A stretch of DNA of 64,000 nucleotides from the NCBI RefSeq assembly GCF_004010195.1, contig NC_057719.1, positions 4,557,464 through 4,621,463 on the forward strand. Reading direction: 5' to 3'. Each line of letters opens with the position of its first letter. The stretch's first letter is position 1. Below, piece by piece: positions 24,167 through 38,235 of the stretch. Made by a program: the position numbers and the translations under genes. The DNA comes from Chiloscyllium plagiosum. Its lineage: Eukaryota. Under the pieces are notes generated by a model that did no database searches, was not told the DNA's origin, and was given only the letters and a program-made list of their open reading frames with translations.

Positions 24167-24620
24167 TCCTGCCTGCCCTGACTGTTTGCCTTGCTCCTGT
24201 TCCCAACTGTACCAGTCCCAAATTTATCACTTTCCTCATTATCTCCCTACCACACGCCACCAATCTCAGCTTACTAGTTTAAATTCTCCAAAGCGGCTTC
24301 AGCAAATCTCCCTGCCAGTATATTCATTCCCTTCCGATTCAGTACAATCCGTCCTTCTTATACAGAACACTTCTACCCCAGAAGAGATTCCAATCATCCA
24401 AAAATGTTAGCCATTCTTCCCTGCACCAGCTCCTCAGCCACACATTCATCTGCTCTATGTTTCTACACCTATCCTCTCAAGCTCGTAGCACCGGGAGTAA
24501 TCCAGATATTACTAACCTTGAGGATCTCCTTTACAAATTCCTGCCAAACTTCCTATATCCTCCCTTCAGAATCTCATCCTCTTTCCTTCCTATGTCATTA
24601 GTTCCAATGTACGTAACAAC
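24167..24620 (-). mobile_element. CR1 ORF1 (esterase) and ORF1-ORF2 spacer fragment
   Basis: Homologous to about 49610-50050. Confidence 0.8.
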
Positions 24621-24624
24621 CTAT

Positions 24625-26770
24625 GTAAATACTTACGGCCTATGTAAAGATGAGGCGTGAAGGTTCAATTGGGGCGATTGAGAGTTATAAGGTAGCCAGG
24701 AAGGATCTGAAGAGAGAACTAAGAGTAGCAAGGAGGGGACATGAAAAGTCCTTAGTTGGTAGGATTAGGGAAAACCCTAAGGCTTTCTACAGGTATGTCA
24801 GGAATAAAAGTATGACTAGGGTAGGAATAGGTCCAGTCAAGGATAGTAGTGGGAAGTTGCATGTGGAGGCTGAAGAGATTGGGGAGACACTGAATGGATA
24901 CTTTTTGTCAGTATTCACTCAGGAACAGGACATTGTTGCCAATGTGAATATTGAGTCACAATTAATTAGAATGGACGGCTTTGAGGTATGTAGGGAAGAG
25001 GTGTTGGAAATTCTGGAAAGGGTTAAAATAGATAAGTCCCCTGGGCCTGATAGCATTCTCTGGGAAGCAAAGGAGGAGATTGCAGAGCCATTGGCCTTGA
25101 TTTTTATGTCCCTGTTGTCTACAGGAATAGTGCCAGAAGACTGGAGGATAGCAAATGTGGTTCCCCTGTTCAAGAAGGGGAATAGGGATAACCCTAGTAA
25201 CTATAGGCCGGTGAGTCTCACTTCTGTTGTGGGCAAAGTCTTAGAGAGAATTGTAAGGGATAGGATTTATGAACATCTGGATAGGAATAATGTGATCAAG
25301 GATAGTCAGCATGGTTTTGTGAAAGGCAGGTCGTGCCTCACAAACCTTATTGAATTCTTTGAGAAGGTGACTAAGGAGGTAGACCATAGGACCATAGGAC
25401 ATAAGAATGGAAGTAAGGCCATTCGGCCCATCGAGTCCACTCCGCCATTCAATCATGGCTGATGGGCATTTCAACTCCACAGACAAGGGTAAAGCGGTAG
25501 ATGTGGTGTATATGGATTTTAGTAAGGCGTTTGATAAGGTTCCCCATGGTAGGCTACCGCAAAAAATACGGAGGTATGGCATTGAGGGTGAGTTGGAGGT
25601 TTGGATTAGGAGTTGGCTGGCTGGAAGAAGACAGAGGGTAGTATTGATGGTAAAGGTTCATCTTGGAGTGCAGTTACTAGCGGTGTTCCGCAAGGATCTG
25701 GTTTGGGACCATTGCTGTTTTTTTATAAATGACCTGGAGGAGGGGCTAGAAGGTTGGGTGAGCAAGTTTGCGGATGATATGAAAGTCGGTGGAGTTGTTA
25801 ACAGTGAGGAAGGATGTGGCAGGTTACAGCGGGATATAGATAAGCTGCAGAACTGGGCAGAAAGGTGGCAAATGGAGTTCAATGTAGCTAAGTGTGAGGT
25901 GATTCTGCAGTTGTATAAGACTCTGGTGCAGCCGCATCTGGAGTATTGTGTGCAGTTTTGGTCGCCATACTATAGGAAGGATGTGGAGGCACTGGAACGG
26001 GTGCAGAGACGGTTTACCAGGATTTTGCCTGGTATGGTAGGAAGATCATATGAGGAAAGGCTGAGGCACTTGGGGCTGTTTTCATTGGAGAAAAGAAGGT
26101 TTAGGGGTGACTTGATAGAGGTGTACAAGATGATTAGGGGTTTAGATAGGGTTGACCATGAGAACCTTTTTCCACGTATGGAGTCAGCTATTATGAGGGG
26201 CATAGCTTTAAATTAAGGGGTGGTAGGTATAGCACAGATGTTAGGGGTAGATGTGGGTGGCACGGTGGCACAGTGGTTAGCACTGATGCCTCACAGCGCC
26301 AGAGACCCGGGTTCAATTCCCGCCTCAGGCGACTGACTGTGTGGAGTTTGCACGTTCTCCCCGTGTCTGCGTGGGTTTCCTCCGGGTGCTCCGGTTTCCT
26401 CCCACAGTCCAAAGATGTGCAGGTCAGGTGAATTGGCCATGCTAAATTGTCCGTAGTGTTAGGTAAGGGGTAAATGTAGGGGTATGGGTGGGTTGCGCTT
26501 CGGCGGGGCGGTGTGGACTTGTTGGGCCGAAGGGCCTGTTTATACACTGTAAGTAATCTAATCTAATTCTTTACTCAGCGAGTTGTGAGTTCATGGAATG
26601 CCCTGCCAGTAGCAGTGGTGGACTCTCCCTCTTTATGGGCATTTAAACGGGCATTGGATAGGCATATGGAGGATAGTGGGCTAGTGTAGGTTAGGTAGGC
26701 TTGGATCGGCGCAACATCGAGGGCTAAAGGGCCTGTACTGCGCTGTATTTTTCTATGTTCTATGTTCTAT
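24625..26770 (+). mobile_element. CR1 ORF2 RT and 3' tail, with nested CR1 tail (25385-25480, -) and HE1 SINE
   Basis: NYRPVSLTSVVGK, QHGFVKGRSCLTNL, DFSKAFDKVPH, SKFADD; ttctatg tail. Confidence 0.92.
26255..26566 (+). mobile_element. HE1-type SINE, near consensus
   Basis: ggcacggtggcacagtggttagcac...gggttcaattcc...(taatc)n tail. Confidence 0.9.
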
Positions 26771-26799
26771 GACCTCCTGCTGGTCCTACTCCCCTTTGA

Positions 26800-29700
26800 A
26801 AATAGAACATAGAACAATACAGCACAGAACAGTCCGTTCGGCCCATGATGTTGTGCCGAACATTTGTCCTAGCTTAAGCACCCATCCATGTACCTATCCA
26901 ATTGCCGCTTAAAGGTCACCAATGATTCTGACTCTGCCACTCCCACAGGCAGGCATTCCATGCCCCCACCACTCTCTGGGTAAAGAACCTACCCCTGACA
27001 TCCCCCCTATACCTTCCACCCTTCACCTTAAATTTATGTCCCCTTGTAACACGCTGTTGTACCCAGAGAAAAAGTCTCTGACTGTCTACTCTATTTATTC
27101 CCCTGATCATCTTATAAACCTCTATCAAGTCACCCCTCATCCTTCGCCGTTCCAATGAGAAAAGGCCTAGCACTCTTAGCCTATCCTCGTACGACCTATT
27201 CTCCATTCCAGGCAACATCCTGGTAAATCTCCTCTGCACCCTCTCCAAAGCTTCCACATCTTTCCTAAAATGAGGCGACCAGAACTGCACACCGTACTCC
27301 AAATGTGGCCTAACAGCTGCAACATCATCTCACGACTCTTGAATTCAATCCCTCTGCTAATGAATGCTAATACACCATAGGCCTTCTTACAAGCTGAGTG
27401 GCAACTTTCAAAGAGCTATGAACATAGACCCCAAGGTCCCTCTGCTCCTCCACCTTACTAAGAACCCTACCGTTAACCCTGTATTCCGCATTTTTATTTG
27501 TCCTTCCAAAATGGACAACCTCACACTTGACAGGGTTGAACTCCATCTGCCACTCCTCAGCCCAGCTCTGCATCATATCTAAGTCCCTTTGCAGCCGACA
27601 ACAGCCCTCCTCACTATCCACAACTCCACCAATCTTTGTATCGTCTGCAAATTTACTGACCCACCCTTCGACTCCCACTTCCAAGTCAAACATTACAAAC
27701 AGCAGAGGACACAGAAGTGATCCCTGCGGAACTCCACCTGTAACTGGGCTCCAGGCTGAATATTTACCATCTACCACCACTCTCTGACTTCGACCGGGTA
27801 GCCAGTTCTCTATCCAACTGGCCAAATTTCCCACTATCCCATGCCTCCTGACTTTCCGCATAAGCCTACCATGGGGAACCTTATCAAATGCCTTACTAAA
27901 ATCCACGTACACTACATCCACTGCTCTACCCTCATCCAATGCTTGGTCTCCTCCTCAAAGAATTCAATAAGACTTGTAAGGCAAGACCTACCCCTCACAA
28001 ATCCGTGCTGGCTGTCCCTAATCAAGCAGCGTCTTTCCATATACTCATAAATCCTATCCCTCAGTACCCTTTCCATTACTTATCCTACCACGGAAGTAAG
28101 ACGAACTGGCCTGTAATTCCCGGGGTTATCCCTATTCCATTTTTTGAACAGGGGCACAACATTCGCCACTCTACAGTTCCCTGGTACCACCCCTGTTGAC
28201 ANNNNNNNNNNNNNNNNNNNNNNNNNNNNNNNNNNNNNNNNNNNNNNNNNNNNNNNNNNNNNNNNNNNNNNNNNNNNNNNNNNNNNNNNNNNNNNNNNNN
28301 NNNNNNNNNNNNNNNNNNNNNNNNNNNNNNNNNNNNNNNNNNNNNNNNNNNNNNNNNNNNNNNNNNNNNNNNNNNNNNNNNNNNNNNNNNNNNNNNNNNN
28401 NNNNNNNNNNNNNNNNNNNNNNNNNNNNNNNNNNNNNNNNNNNNNNNNNNNNNNNNNNNNNNNNNNNNNNNNNNNNNNNNNNNNNNNNNNNNNNNNNNNN
28501 NNNNNNNNNNNNNNNNNNNNNNNNNNNNNNNNNNNNNNNNNNNNNNNNNNNNNNNNNNNNNNNNNNNNNNNNNNNNNNNNNNNNNNNNNNNNNNNNNNNN
28601 NNNNNNNNNNNNNNNNNNNNNNNNNNNNNNNNNNNNNNNNNNNNNNNNNNNNNNNNNNNNNNNNNNGCGCCTATCTCTCTCCATAACCAAGGTGAAAGTC
28701 ACAGAATTGTGGTCACCATCACCAAAATGCTCACTCACTAACAAGCCCATCACTTGTCCCGGTTCGTTACCAAGTACCAAATCCAATATGGCCTCCCCTC
28801 TGGTCGGACAATCTACATACTGAGTTAGAAAAGCTTCCTGGACACACTGCACAAACACCGCCCCTGTGCAGTGCGCCCCTCCCATCTACTTGATCTAAAC
28901 AGCTTCCAATCAATATTTGGGAAATTGAAATCGCCCCTGTGGCTTCTGCACCTTTCCAAAATCTGTTTCCCAATCTGTTTCTCCACATCTCTGCTGCTAT
29001 TGGGGGGCCTATAGTAAACACCCAACAAAGTGACTGCTCCTTTCCTATTTCTGACTTCAGCCCATACTACCTCCAAAGGCAGATCCCCCTCGAACTGCCT
29101 TTCTGCAGCCGTTATACCATTTCTAATTAGCAACGCTATCCCTCCTCCTTTTTTACCACCCTCCCTAATCTTACTGAAACATCTGTAATCAGGAACCTTC
29201 AACAACCATTCCTGTCCCTCTTCTATCCACGTTTCCGTGATGGCCACAACATCATAGTCCCAAGTACCGATCCACGCCTTAAGTTCACCCACCTTATTTC
29301 TGATACTCCTTGCGTTGAATATACACACTTGAACCCACCTCCGTGTCCGCAAGTATTCCCTGTCAGTGTTACCTTCTCCACAGCCTCCCTACATTCTTGG
29401 ATATCCTGAAAAACAGCTAACCTACTTGCTGGACTACAAGTCCGGATCCCATCCACCTGCCAAATTAGTTTAAACCCCCCCGAAGAGTGCTAGCAAACAT
29501 ACCTCCCAGGATATTGGTGCCCTTCTGGTTCAGGTGCAACCCGTCCTGCTTGTACAGGTCCCACCTTCCCCAGAATGCAGTCCAATTGTCCAAATACATG
29601 AAGCCCTCCCTCCTACACCATCCTTGCAGCCACGTGTTCAACTGCACTCTCTCCCTATTTCTTGCCTCACTGTCACGTGGCACGACTCTGTCCGTCCTAG

Positions 29701-30065
29701 CTTTTAGCTTCCAGCCTAACTCCCTGAGCTCCTGAATGACCTCCCCACCCCTCTTGCTACCTATGTCGTTGGTGCCAATGTGCACCACGACTTCTGGCTG
29801 CACACCCTCCCCCTTAAGGATTCTGAAGACACCGTCCGAGACGTCTCAGACCCTGGCACCCAGGAGGCATCAAACCATCCGGGAGTCTCACCCATGTCCA
29901 CAGAACCGCCTGTCTGTCCCTCTAACTATTACTAGCGCTCTCCTCCTCTCCCCCTTTCCCTTCTGAGCCTCAGAGCCGGACCTCGTGCCAGAGAGCCGGT
30001 CACTGCAGCTTATCCTTGCTAGGCCGTCCCCCCCCAACAGTATCCAAAGCGGTATACTTATTGTT
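26800..30065 (-). mobile_element. Long CR1 LINE (ORF1 esterase plus ORF2) spanning the N gap 28202-28666
   Basis: HIGTNDIG, WGRWDLYKQDGLHLN (ORF1); FNARSIRNK, YYRPPNS, GVPQGS, SKFADD (ORF2). Confidence 0.92.
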
Positions 30066-30255
30066 GGAAATATTCTGCACTCTCTTCAAGATATCTCAAA
30101 TCCTGGCACCAGGGAGGCAACACACCATTCTGATTTCTCTCTGTCAGCTGCAGAAACATCTGTCTGTGCCTCTGACTAGAGAGTCCTCTGACACAATCAA
30201 CTGCTTGGAATCTGACATACCCTTTGTTACATCAGAGCCAGTCTTGGTACATAAT
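30066..30255 (-). mobile_element. CR1 ORF1 fragment
   Basis: Similar to 49400-49580 (VCC.PGARI). Confidence 0.7.
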
Positions 30256-30475
30256 TGTTTGTGAATGAAATCAGAAACAGAGGATCTCAAAGGTGCTGAG
30301 AAAGCTTTGCTGAATCTGTCTATTATTCACTGAAGTATGTAAGGGTATAGATTTTTTTTCCAGTAACTTTATTTCAAACTAATACTAAGTGTTTGTCATC
30401 TTTGAAATCCTGTCTTTTCACTCAATGGTAGTGACATAATTACAGAAATATGGAATTCTGGAGTGATTGCAGTGT

Positions 30476-31264
30476 TAGCGAGTTTTGAGAAGATTTGTAG
30501 CTCAGGTTGAGGTTCTGGATGTAGGTTTGCTCGCTGAGCTGGAAGGTTCATTTCCAGATGTTTCATCACCCTACTAGGTAACATCTTCAATGGGCCTCCG
30601 GACGAACCACTGTTGATAATTCCTGCTTTCTATTTATAAGTTTGGGTTGGTGATGTCATTTCCTGTGGTGACATAGTTTCCTGTGGTGATGTAATTTCCT
30701 GTTTTTTTCTTGGGGAATGGTGGATGAGGTCAAGTTCAACTTGAAAGACCCTATACAGACAACAAGTAAAACTAATGTTATTTACAAAATACCATGCAAG
30801 GATTGTAATAAACACTACATTGGACAAACAGGCAAAAAACTAGCCACCAGGATACATGAACATCAACTAGCCACAAAACGACATGACCCTCTCTCATTAG
30901 TATGGTTAGATACAGATAAGGAAGGACACCACTTCTACTGGCACAACATATCCATTCCAGGACAAGCCAGAGACACGCACAAGAATTCCTCGAAGCATGG
31001 CATTCCAACCGGAACTCTATCAACAAACACATGGAGTTAGACCCCATCTACCAAACCCGAGAAAAATAACAGGAAATGACATCACCGCTGGAAATGATGT
31101 CACCATTGGAGATGACATCACCAACCCAAAGAAACCTAAACATATAACTAGAAAGCAGGAATTATCAATACTGCTTCGCCCAGAGGCCTACTGAAGATGT
31201 TACCTAGTAGGGTGATAAAACGTTTGGAAATGAACGTTCCAGCTCAGCGAGCAAACCTACATCC
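30476..31264 (+). mobile_element. PLE (family C-related): inverted pseudo-LTR followed by GIY-YIG and terminal repeat
   Basis: NVIYKIPCKDCNKHYIGQTGKKLATRIHEH; 30527-30735 inverted relative to 31035-31264; TSD tgattgcagtgt / tgattgcattgt (30464-30475 / 31265-31276). Confidence 0.88.
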
Positions 31265-31564
31265 TGATTGCATTGTACTATAAATGGATTATTAAATAAA
31301 TGACATGCATATTGATCTAAACATCTGTTGGCATTGGCTTTTAAAATACAGGATTTACATCTCAGCAAAGGTTAGTGCAAAAGAAGTAGATTACTGCAAC
31401 ATGAAAATCTAATATGTTGGTATCATGTATGCATCATAGACATTTGCACAACTAAGCTAAGGCTCAGGAACAGCAACAATTGCCATGAACAGTTTGGAGT
31501 AAGAAGATAGTGGACTCCTCAACTGTGTTCAGCAATTTGCTGAAATAACTTAGTAATTACATGA

Positions 31565-32400
31565 AAAATAGCAGGAGTAGGCCATTTAGACCATCATGCT
31601 TGCTTTGCCACTCAACATGACCATCTTCTATTTTAACACCATATGTCTCTCTCTCTATATATCCCTTGAAGCCTTTAGTGTCAGAAATATATCAATTTCT
31701 TTCTTAAATATATTGTGACTTAGCTTCCACAGCCTTGTTTATTTTCATTAGATTACGTACTTAGTGTGGAAACAGGCCCTTTGGCCCAACAAGTCCACAC
31801 CGACCCACCGAAGCGCAACTCACACCCCTACATTTACCCCTTCACCTAACACTACGGGCAATTTAGCGTGGCCAGTTCACCAAAGCTGCACATTTTTTGG
31901 ACTGTGGGAGGAAACCGGAGCACCCGGAAGAAACCCACGCAGACACTGGGAGAATGTGCAAACTCCACACAGTCAGTGACCTGAGGCGGGAATTGAACCC
32001 GAGTCTCTGGCGCCGTGAGGCAGCAGTGCTAACCACTGTGCCACCCTGCCGCCCATGTATTGCAGAGAATTCCACAAATTCTCCACCCTCTGAGTGAAAA
32101 AATATCTTCTCATTCCAAAATGGTCTACCCTGTATCCTGAGACCATGGTTCCTTTTTCTGGACCTCATCATCTCTGCATTCAGTCTGTTCAGAAATTCTT
32201 TCAGAATTTTATACATTTCAATGATATCCCCTCATTCTTCTAAACTCTGGTGAATGCAGTACTAATCAACCCATTCTCTCCTCAAACAACAGTCCTGCTG
32301 TCTCAGGAATCAGTAGGGTGAATCTTTCCTACATTGCCTCGATGTCAAGTGCATACATGTTGAAGTAAAGAGACAAAAATTGCAACAATTATATATTTTT
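31565..32400 (-). mobile_element. Old CR1 3' end interrupted by an HE1 SINE
   Basis: Tail gcaggagtaggccatt; ccaccctctgagtgaaaa. Confidence 0.7.
31748..32054 (-). mobile_element. HE1-type SINE
   Basis: Reverse complement of the SINE at 26255-26566. Confidence 0.9.
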
Positions 32401-32674
32401 AAATTTATTTTTGAAATCTATTGTAAACCATTGGAGAATATTGTATCTAGGATGACCCCTGATTTATACATAGTATATGTCTGGATTTGGATTTCTAAAC
32501 ATAGACAGAATGATGTGGTTAAGTTCTGGACAAGTTTTTTTTAAACAGACAAGAAACCATTCTGAGACAGTAAGCTAAGTACATCAGTTCTAAGAAGGGA
32601 TATAACTTCAGGCAGAATAAACTGAACAAGGCTATTAATTTTGTTTTGAAAAAACTGCAGATGCTGGATATCAG

Positions 32675-33925
32675 ATTAGCCTGACTTCAGTTGTTGGTAG
32701 GATTTTGCAGTCCATGAAAAGGCTGAGATTTCCAAATACTTGGAAGTACATGGTAAAACAGGGCAAAATCAGCATGGTTCATCAAGAGGAGGTCATGCCT
32801 GACAAATCTGTTAGAATTCTTTGAGGAGGCAATGAGCAGGTTTGACTGAGAGCCAATGGATGTTATCTGCCTGGACTTTCAAAAGGCCTTTGACAAGGTG
32901 TCACACAGGAGGCTGCTGAGTAAGATAAGGGCCAATGGTGTTAAAAGCAAGGTACTAGCATGGATTGAAAGCAGAGAGTGTGGATAAAAAGACCCTTCTC
33001 AGGAAGGGTCAATGTTGGGACCACAACTTTTCACTTTATATATTAATAATCCAGTTGAAGAAACTGAGGGCATTCTGGCTAAGTCTGCAGATGATACAAA
33101 GATAGGTGGAGGGACAGATGGTATTGAGGAGGTAGGGAGACTGCAGCTGGATCTAGACAGGTTAGGAGAGTGGGCAAAGAGGTGGCAGATGGAATACGTG
33201 GGAAAGTGTGAGGTCATGTACTTTGGTAGGAAGAATAGAGGCATAGACTATTTTCTAAATGGAGAGAAAATTCAGAAATCTGAAGTGCAAAGGCACTTAA
33301 GTTAAACTTACTGGTGAGTCGGTAGTTAGGAAGGCAAATACAATGCTGTTTTTCATCTCGAGAGGACTAGAACATAAAAGCAGGATGTATGTCTGAGGCT
33401 TTATAAAGCTCCGCTCAGACCATATTTCGAGTATTATGAGCAATTTTGGGACCTATATCTCAGGAAGGATTTACTGGCCCTGGAGTGCGTCTAGAGGACC
33501 TTCACAAGAATGACCCCAGGAATGAAAAGCTTAATATTTGAGGAACGTTTGAGGACTCTGGATCCTTACTTAATGGCATTTAGAAGGATGAGGGGGAATC
33601 TAATGGAAGCTTACAGAATACTGAATGGCCTGGACAGAGTGAATATTGGGAAGATGTTTCCATTGGCAAGAGAGATTAAGACCTGAGGGCACAGCCTCAG
33701 AGTAAAGTAAAGGCCCTTTATAATGGAGAAAAGGAGAAACTTCTTCAGCTAGAGAGTGTTGAATCTATGGAATTCATTACCAAAGAAGGCTGTGGAGGCC
33801 AGGTCAGTGGTATATTTAAGACAGAGATAGATAGGTTCTTGATTGTCAAGGGAGAAAGTGGGAGAATGAGGTTGAAAACTTAGCAGCCACAAAAGCCTAA
33901 TTTCTGCTCCTACGTCTTATGGTCG
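32675..33925 (+). mobile_element. Degenerate CR1 RT and 3' end
   Basis: LGPQLFTLYIN, KSADDTKIGG, LDRLGEWAKRWQMEY. Confidence 0.85.
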
Positions 33926-34343
33926 TCTCAGTTAGTTAAAGATTTAAAAATAGGATAGGAGCAATATTTTTCTTGGTCTGTGTCTCTGGAACAGATAGTG
34001 TTGGGAAGCAGGTTAAAATTTGGTTTTGATGTTGATGCTAAGATCTTTTTAATGGTGATATAGATTTAACTTTGTTTCTCTTTCAATTGTTTCATAAACT
34101 TATGTTCTTTTGTTAACAAATACCTGCAGCCCATTATTTACATACTTCAGTGACTAACCACCATGGTAACCAACCACAAAAAATAAATATATGAGTCAAG
34201 CCAGGTTTAATTTTGGGATGGGATTTGTCCAATGATACCATTAGCTGGGATCATAACAGAGTCAAGACTTCTGCAGGATTATAATTCACTGGGTTTAAAA
34301 TGATGGGCATCTCTTTTAAAGAAATGGGCACAAGGACGTCCTG

Positions 34344-34498
34344 AGCAGGAAAATCGACGTTTCGGGTAGGAGCCCTTCTTCGACTGCTCAAAACGTCGAT
34401 TTTCCTGCTCCTCAAATGCTGCCTGACCTGCTGTGCTTTTTCAGCACCACTCTAATCTTGACTCTGATCTCCAGCATCTGCAGTCCTCACTTTCACCT
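34344..34498. mobile_element. Self-inverted PLE family A mini-insertion
   Basis: gagcaggaaaatcgacgtttcggg... followed by ...aaacgtcgattttcctgctc; decayed 14-bp TSD 34330-34343 / 34499-34512. Confidence 0.75.
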
Positions 34499-35584
34499 AT
34501 AAGGATATTCTGGACAAGAACTTTTATCTAAGAATATGTAGAAGGTATAATAGAGGATAACATGGAGTCTTTAACTAAGGCTAAACCGAGAAATAGCAGA
34601 TAAAGTCAGGCCAGAACTAAAAGTAGGATCTTAAAAGGCTAAGATGCTTGAAGTGATTCCTTTGCAGTTAGAAGTAAAAACAACTTAATATGGTCAGCAC
34701 TATAAATAGCTAAGATAATTTAAGAAATGAAAAAAAAGTTAACACAGAGATGGAGATGAAAGACTTGAATTGGAAATAAAAGAGAAGAAAGAAGGAACAG
34801 AAATGGAACAAACTGAAAAGGTAAGAACAATGAATAGGTAGGAGAAAGAGAAGAAAATAAGAATGAAAAGGGAAGAGAAAGAAAGGAAAACATCATCAGA
34901 AATAAGAAAACTTTTAATAGAATGAGAGAAGAAAGGAAAGACAGGGAAATTCAATTTAAAAAGCTTGATCTCCAGACATAAGGAAACCAGGCGGCATGGC
35001 TTGGTCAGAGAAAAGCTTACAGTAAAGAACAAAAGAATAGATAGTAGTTCAGAGGAAGATTTTGATTCTAATGAGGGATATTATTTCACTAGAAATCCAC
35101 CCTTCCTACTTAAATTTACAGAGAGTGGAATTGAAAGATATTTCACTTCATCTGAAAAGATATCTTGGCAGAAAAAGTGGACAAAAACTGTTTGTGCTTT
35201 AATATTACAGGGTTTTCCAGATAGAGTTATGAATGAGTAGTTTATCAGAAGAGCAATCTGCAGACCACGAAACGGTTTAAAAAGACCATGATCCAATGCT
35301 ATGAGCTTCACCCTGAAGCTTATCAATTAAAATGTGTGACTTTAAGCGAGAAATTTAATCACACATTAGTGGAATTTTTAAGAGAAAAATGCTGTGAGAT
35401 CAGTGGTTTCAATTACTGACATTTGAGAAAAATTGAGAACATTAGGGAAGTCATGAGTTTGGAAGCATCCACAAATACATTCCAAGAAACCTTAAAACTT
35501 ATTTGGAAGAGTATTATGTATCAAAAATCCAAGAAGAGGTAGTTCTGACAGATATCTAAGGCATCTCACACAGACAGTTACATA

Positions 35585-35875
35585 CAAGGAGATGGCTGTA
35601 TAGGATCATTGGCTAGGCCAGCACTCATTGCCCATTCCTATTACCCAGAGGACTGTTAAGAGTCAACCACATTGCTATAGGTCTGGAGTCAAATTGAGGC
35701 TACGTAAATTAGTGAATAGGATGTTTTTTTCATAGTCATCTTAATTTCAGATTTGTATTGAATTCAAATTCCACTTTCTGCTATGACAGGAATTAAACCC
35801 AGGACCCCAGAATATAATCTGTGTCTCTAGATTAATAGTCTAGCATTAATACCAATAAGCCATCACCTTCTCCTA
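35585..35875 (-). mobile_element. tRNA-headed shark SINE (non-HE1), degenerate
   Basis: rc head ggtgatggcttattggta...gggtttaattcc and tail gggcaatgagtgctggcc; related pieces at 39460-39720, 10715-10790 and 58320-58385. Confidence 0.6.
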
Positions 35876-38020
35876 ATTGGTGAAGGATAAAATTTACAGA
35901 TGGAAGGGCGTTTAGATTTGGGCAACAAATGGAAAGATGCCAAAATTATAAAGGAGAAAGTGATATAAAGAAAATGACATGCTTTCATTGTAATAAGACT
36001 AGAGGTATTACAATTAATTGCTGGCAGTTAAATCACAGTAGTGGGAATGCCTAAAGCATTGTGTAAAGAGGTGTTTCAGAAAGGGAAACAGCTATTCAAA
36101 CTAACTGAAGTATGAAGAGAACATGTTTCCTTAGAATTTACTAATAAGGGAGAAATGACTCAGGTCAGTCACGAAAATTCTTCCTCAACTATTGATAAAG
36201 AATATCAGACCACGAGAGTTAGGTTTAGGGTTTGGGTAATTTCAAATTGAATTGAATGATTTATTGTCATTGTATTCAACAGTAAAAAGTGTAATATGTC
36301 ACCATGCTCTAGTGCCATTTTGACCTACAGAAGATGTTTCGATATAAGATTGAAATTAAGATATAAAACCTGATATAAGTCTTAACAGAGTTGGTCTTCC
36401 TCCCTTCTTATGCTCCGGTCAATTTTGATGTGGGGGTGGGGGGGTCTCCATATTGGGCTCTGGGCCCACCAATGCCCCCGCATCACAGTCCATTTCAGGA
36501 GTACAAATTTGGGCCTACCATATCACTGCAGCTGAAGACCACACTGACTGCAGGTGCCAACTTCTCTACAGACATCAGTGTGATGTTTCTCTGCCACTGC
36601 TTTGCCGCCATCAGTGCCGGACCCAATCAAGGTCAAAGTCGCTGGTCCTCAGGTGCCATCTTTCACCACTGGACCTACTTCACTGGCGTCGCCTCTGCTA
36701 ACACAACAGTTGCTGCTGCTGATACCGGGTCCAGTGCTCGTTCCTCCACCAACTCCTCTCAAAGTCTCAAAAGGAGAGATATTTTCTTATCCTTGTAATC
36801 AAGGTGGTGAACCAATTTAGATATTGAAAGACACTGGGGATGAAAGAACATCCAGAGGAGTTAACGAGACAAGGTGTACATTGAGGTTATAAACAATTCC
36901 CATTAATCAGAGTTCAACTGAAGAATGACTTTGTAAATGGAGAGGTCACAGTTAGAATGTAGAAGGAATTGATTTCATCTGACTGGTACAGAAATATTGA
37001 CTGCTCTGAGTGTGGCAGAACAACCAATAGAAATAAAAGTAACAGATGTTTCAGGAGGAACATCTTGGGTTTTTTTTTGACTATGCTGTGACTAGATCTC
37101 AGGCAGGAAGAGATGAGTCTTTGAAAAATTGAAAATTCATCATTACTTTGAAAATTAAAGAACAGAGAATTAATCTGACATGTATAGCCTTTTTTAATAG
37201 AAATGTGACAAATGGATCCTGAATTGGGAGATTTGTACCAACCGCTTACTTAGGAATTGAGTCAGACCCAATGAAAGACAAAGTGATAATGAAAAATGAC
37301 GACCAGCTGAAATACCCCAGCTGAATATTCTATCAGTTGATAGTTCCATCTGAGTATCAATACTACTTTATGCGTAGTTCACAAAATTCCAATGGTGGAT
37401 TAACTGCCATTAGGAAAACACACATTAAGATACTAAACATTTTTATTGGTCCAGATTACACAAAGATGAGGTTAAATTTTGCCAGACATGCCATACATGA
37501 CAAGTAGTGGAAACACTCAGCCATCAATTAAACGTGTGCATTTAATTCTGATACTATTAACAGTGTCTTAATATATTGTGTAGTACCCTAGCCTAAATTA
37601 GAAATGAGAATCAGTATCTTCCAACAATTATGGATGTACCACCTAGATTTCCTGAAGGAGTACCTTTGAAACGAACAGAGCAAAATTGGTAGTGAGAAAG
37701 TTAATTTAATTTTTTTTACAAGATATGGATTACTTAAATAAATGCAATCAGATCAATGTTTAAATTTTCTGTCACAAATATTCAAAGAAACAATGAATAG
37801 TTTGCAAATAAAACAATTTGATTCTTCAGCTTGTCACCCACAATATTAGAAAGATGGCATCAATAGTTCAGGACCACGGGTAGAGTTTATTCACAGTAAT
37901 ATCCTAATGATTGGGATAAAGGAATTCCCTTGTTACTGTTTATTATTATGAATGTTTTTTAATGAGCCTAAAAGATTCAATGTTTTTGAACTGATATATG
38001 GGCATTAGGTGAGAGGATTC

Positions 38021-38235
38021 AAATGCAAAAAATGCCAGGGAAACTCAGCAACATTGGCAGCATCTGTGGAGACAGAAACAGAGTTAATGTTTTCAGTCTA
38101 GTATAACACTTCGGTCATATCAAATGCAAAATGTCAGCTCTGTTTCCCTCTTCACAGATGCTGTCAAGCCTACTGAGTTTCTCCTGCATTTTCTATTTGT
38201 TTCATGCTTCCAGCATTTGCAATTTTTGCTTTTAT
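38021..38235. mobile_element. Old self-inverted PLE-type terminal-repeat insertion inside the Gmr1 integrase
   Basis: gaaactcag...gcagcatctgtggag vs cacagatgctg...ctgagtttc; TSD ttaggtgagaggattc / ttagatgagaggattc (38005-38020 / 38236-38251). Confidence 0.7.

Noticed and set aside
28085..28885. Long ORFs of 180-266 aa
   Set aside because: Artefacts of translating through the N gap 28202-28666
36219..36238. Telomere-like ttaggtttagggtttggg
   Set aside because: Only about three imperfect units; insufficient for an interstitial telomeric sequence
36391..36798. 135-aa ORF
   Set aside because: Lies in an insertion within a dead retroelement; non-ATG start and no recognisable motif
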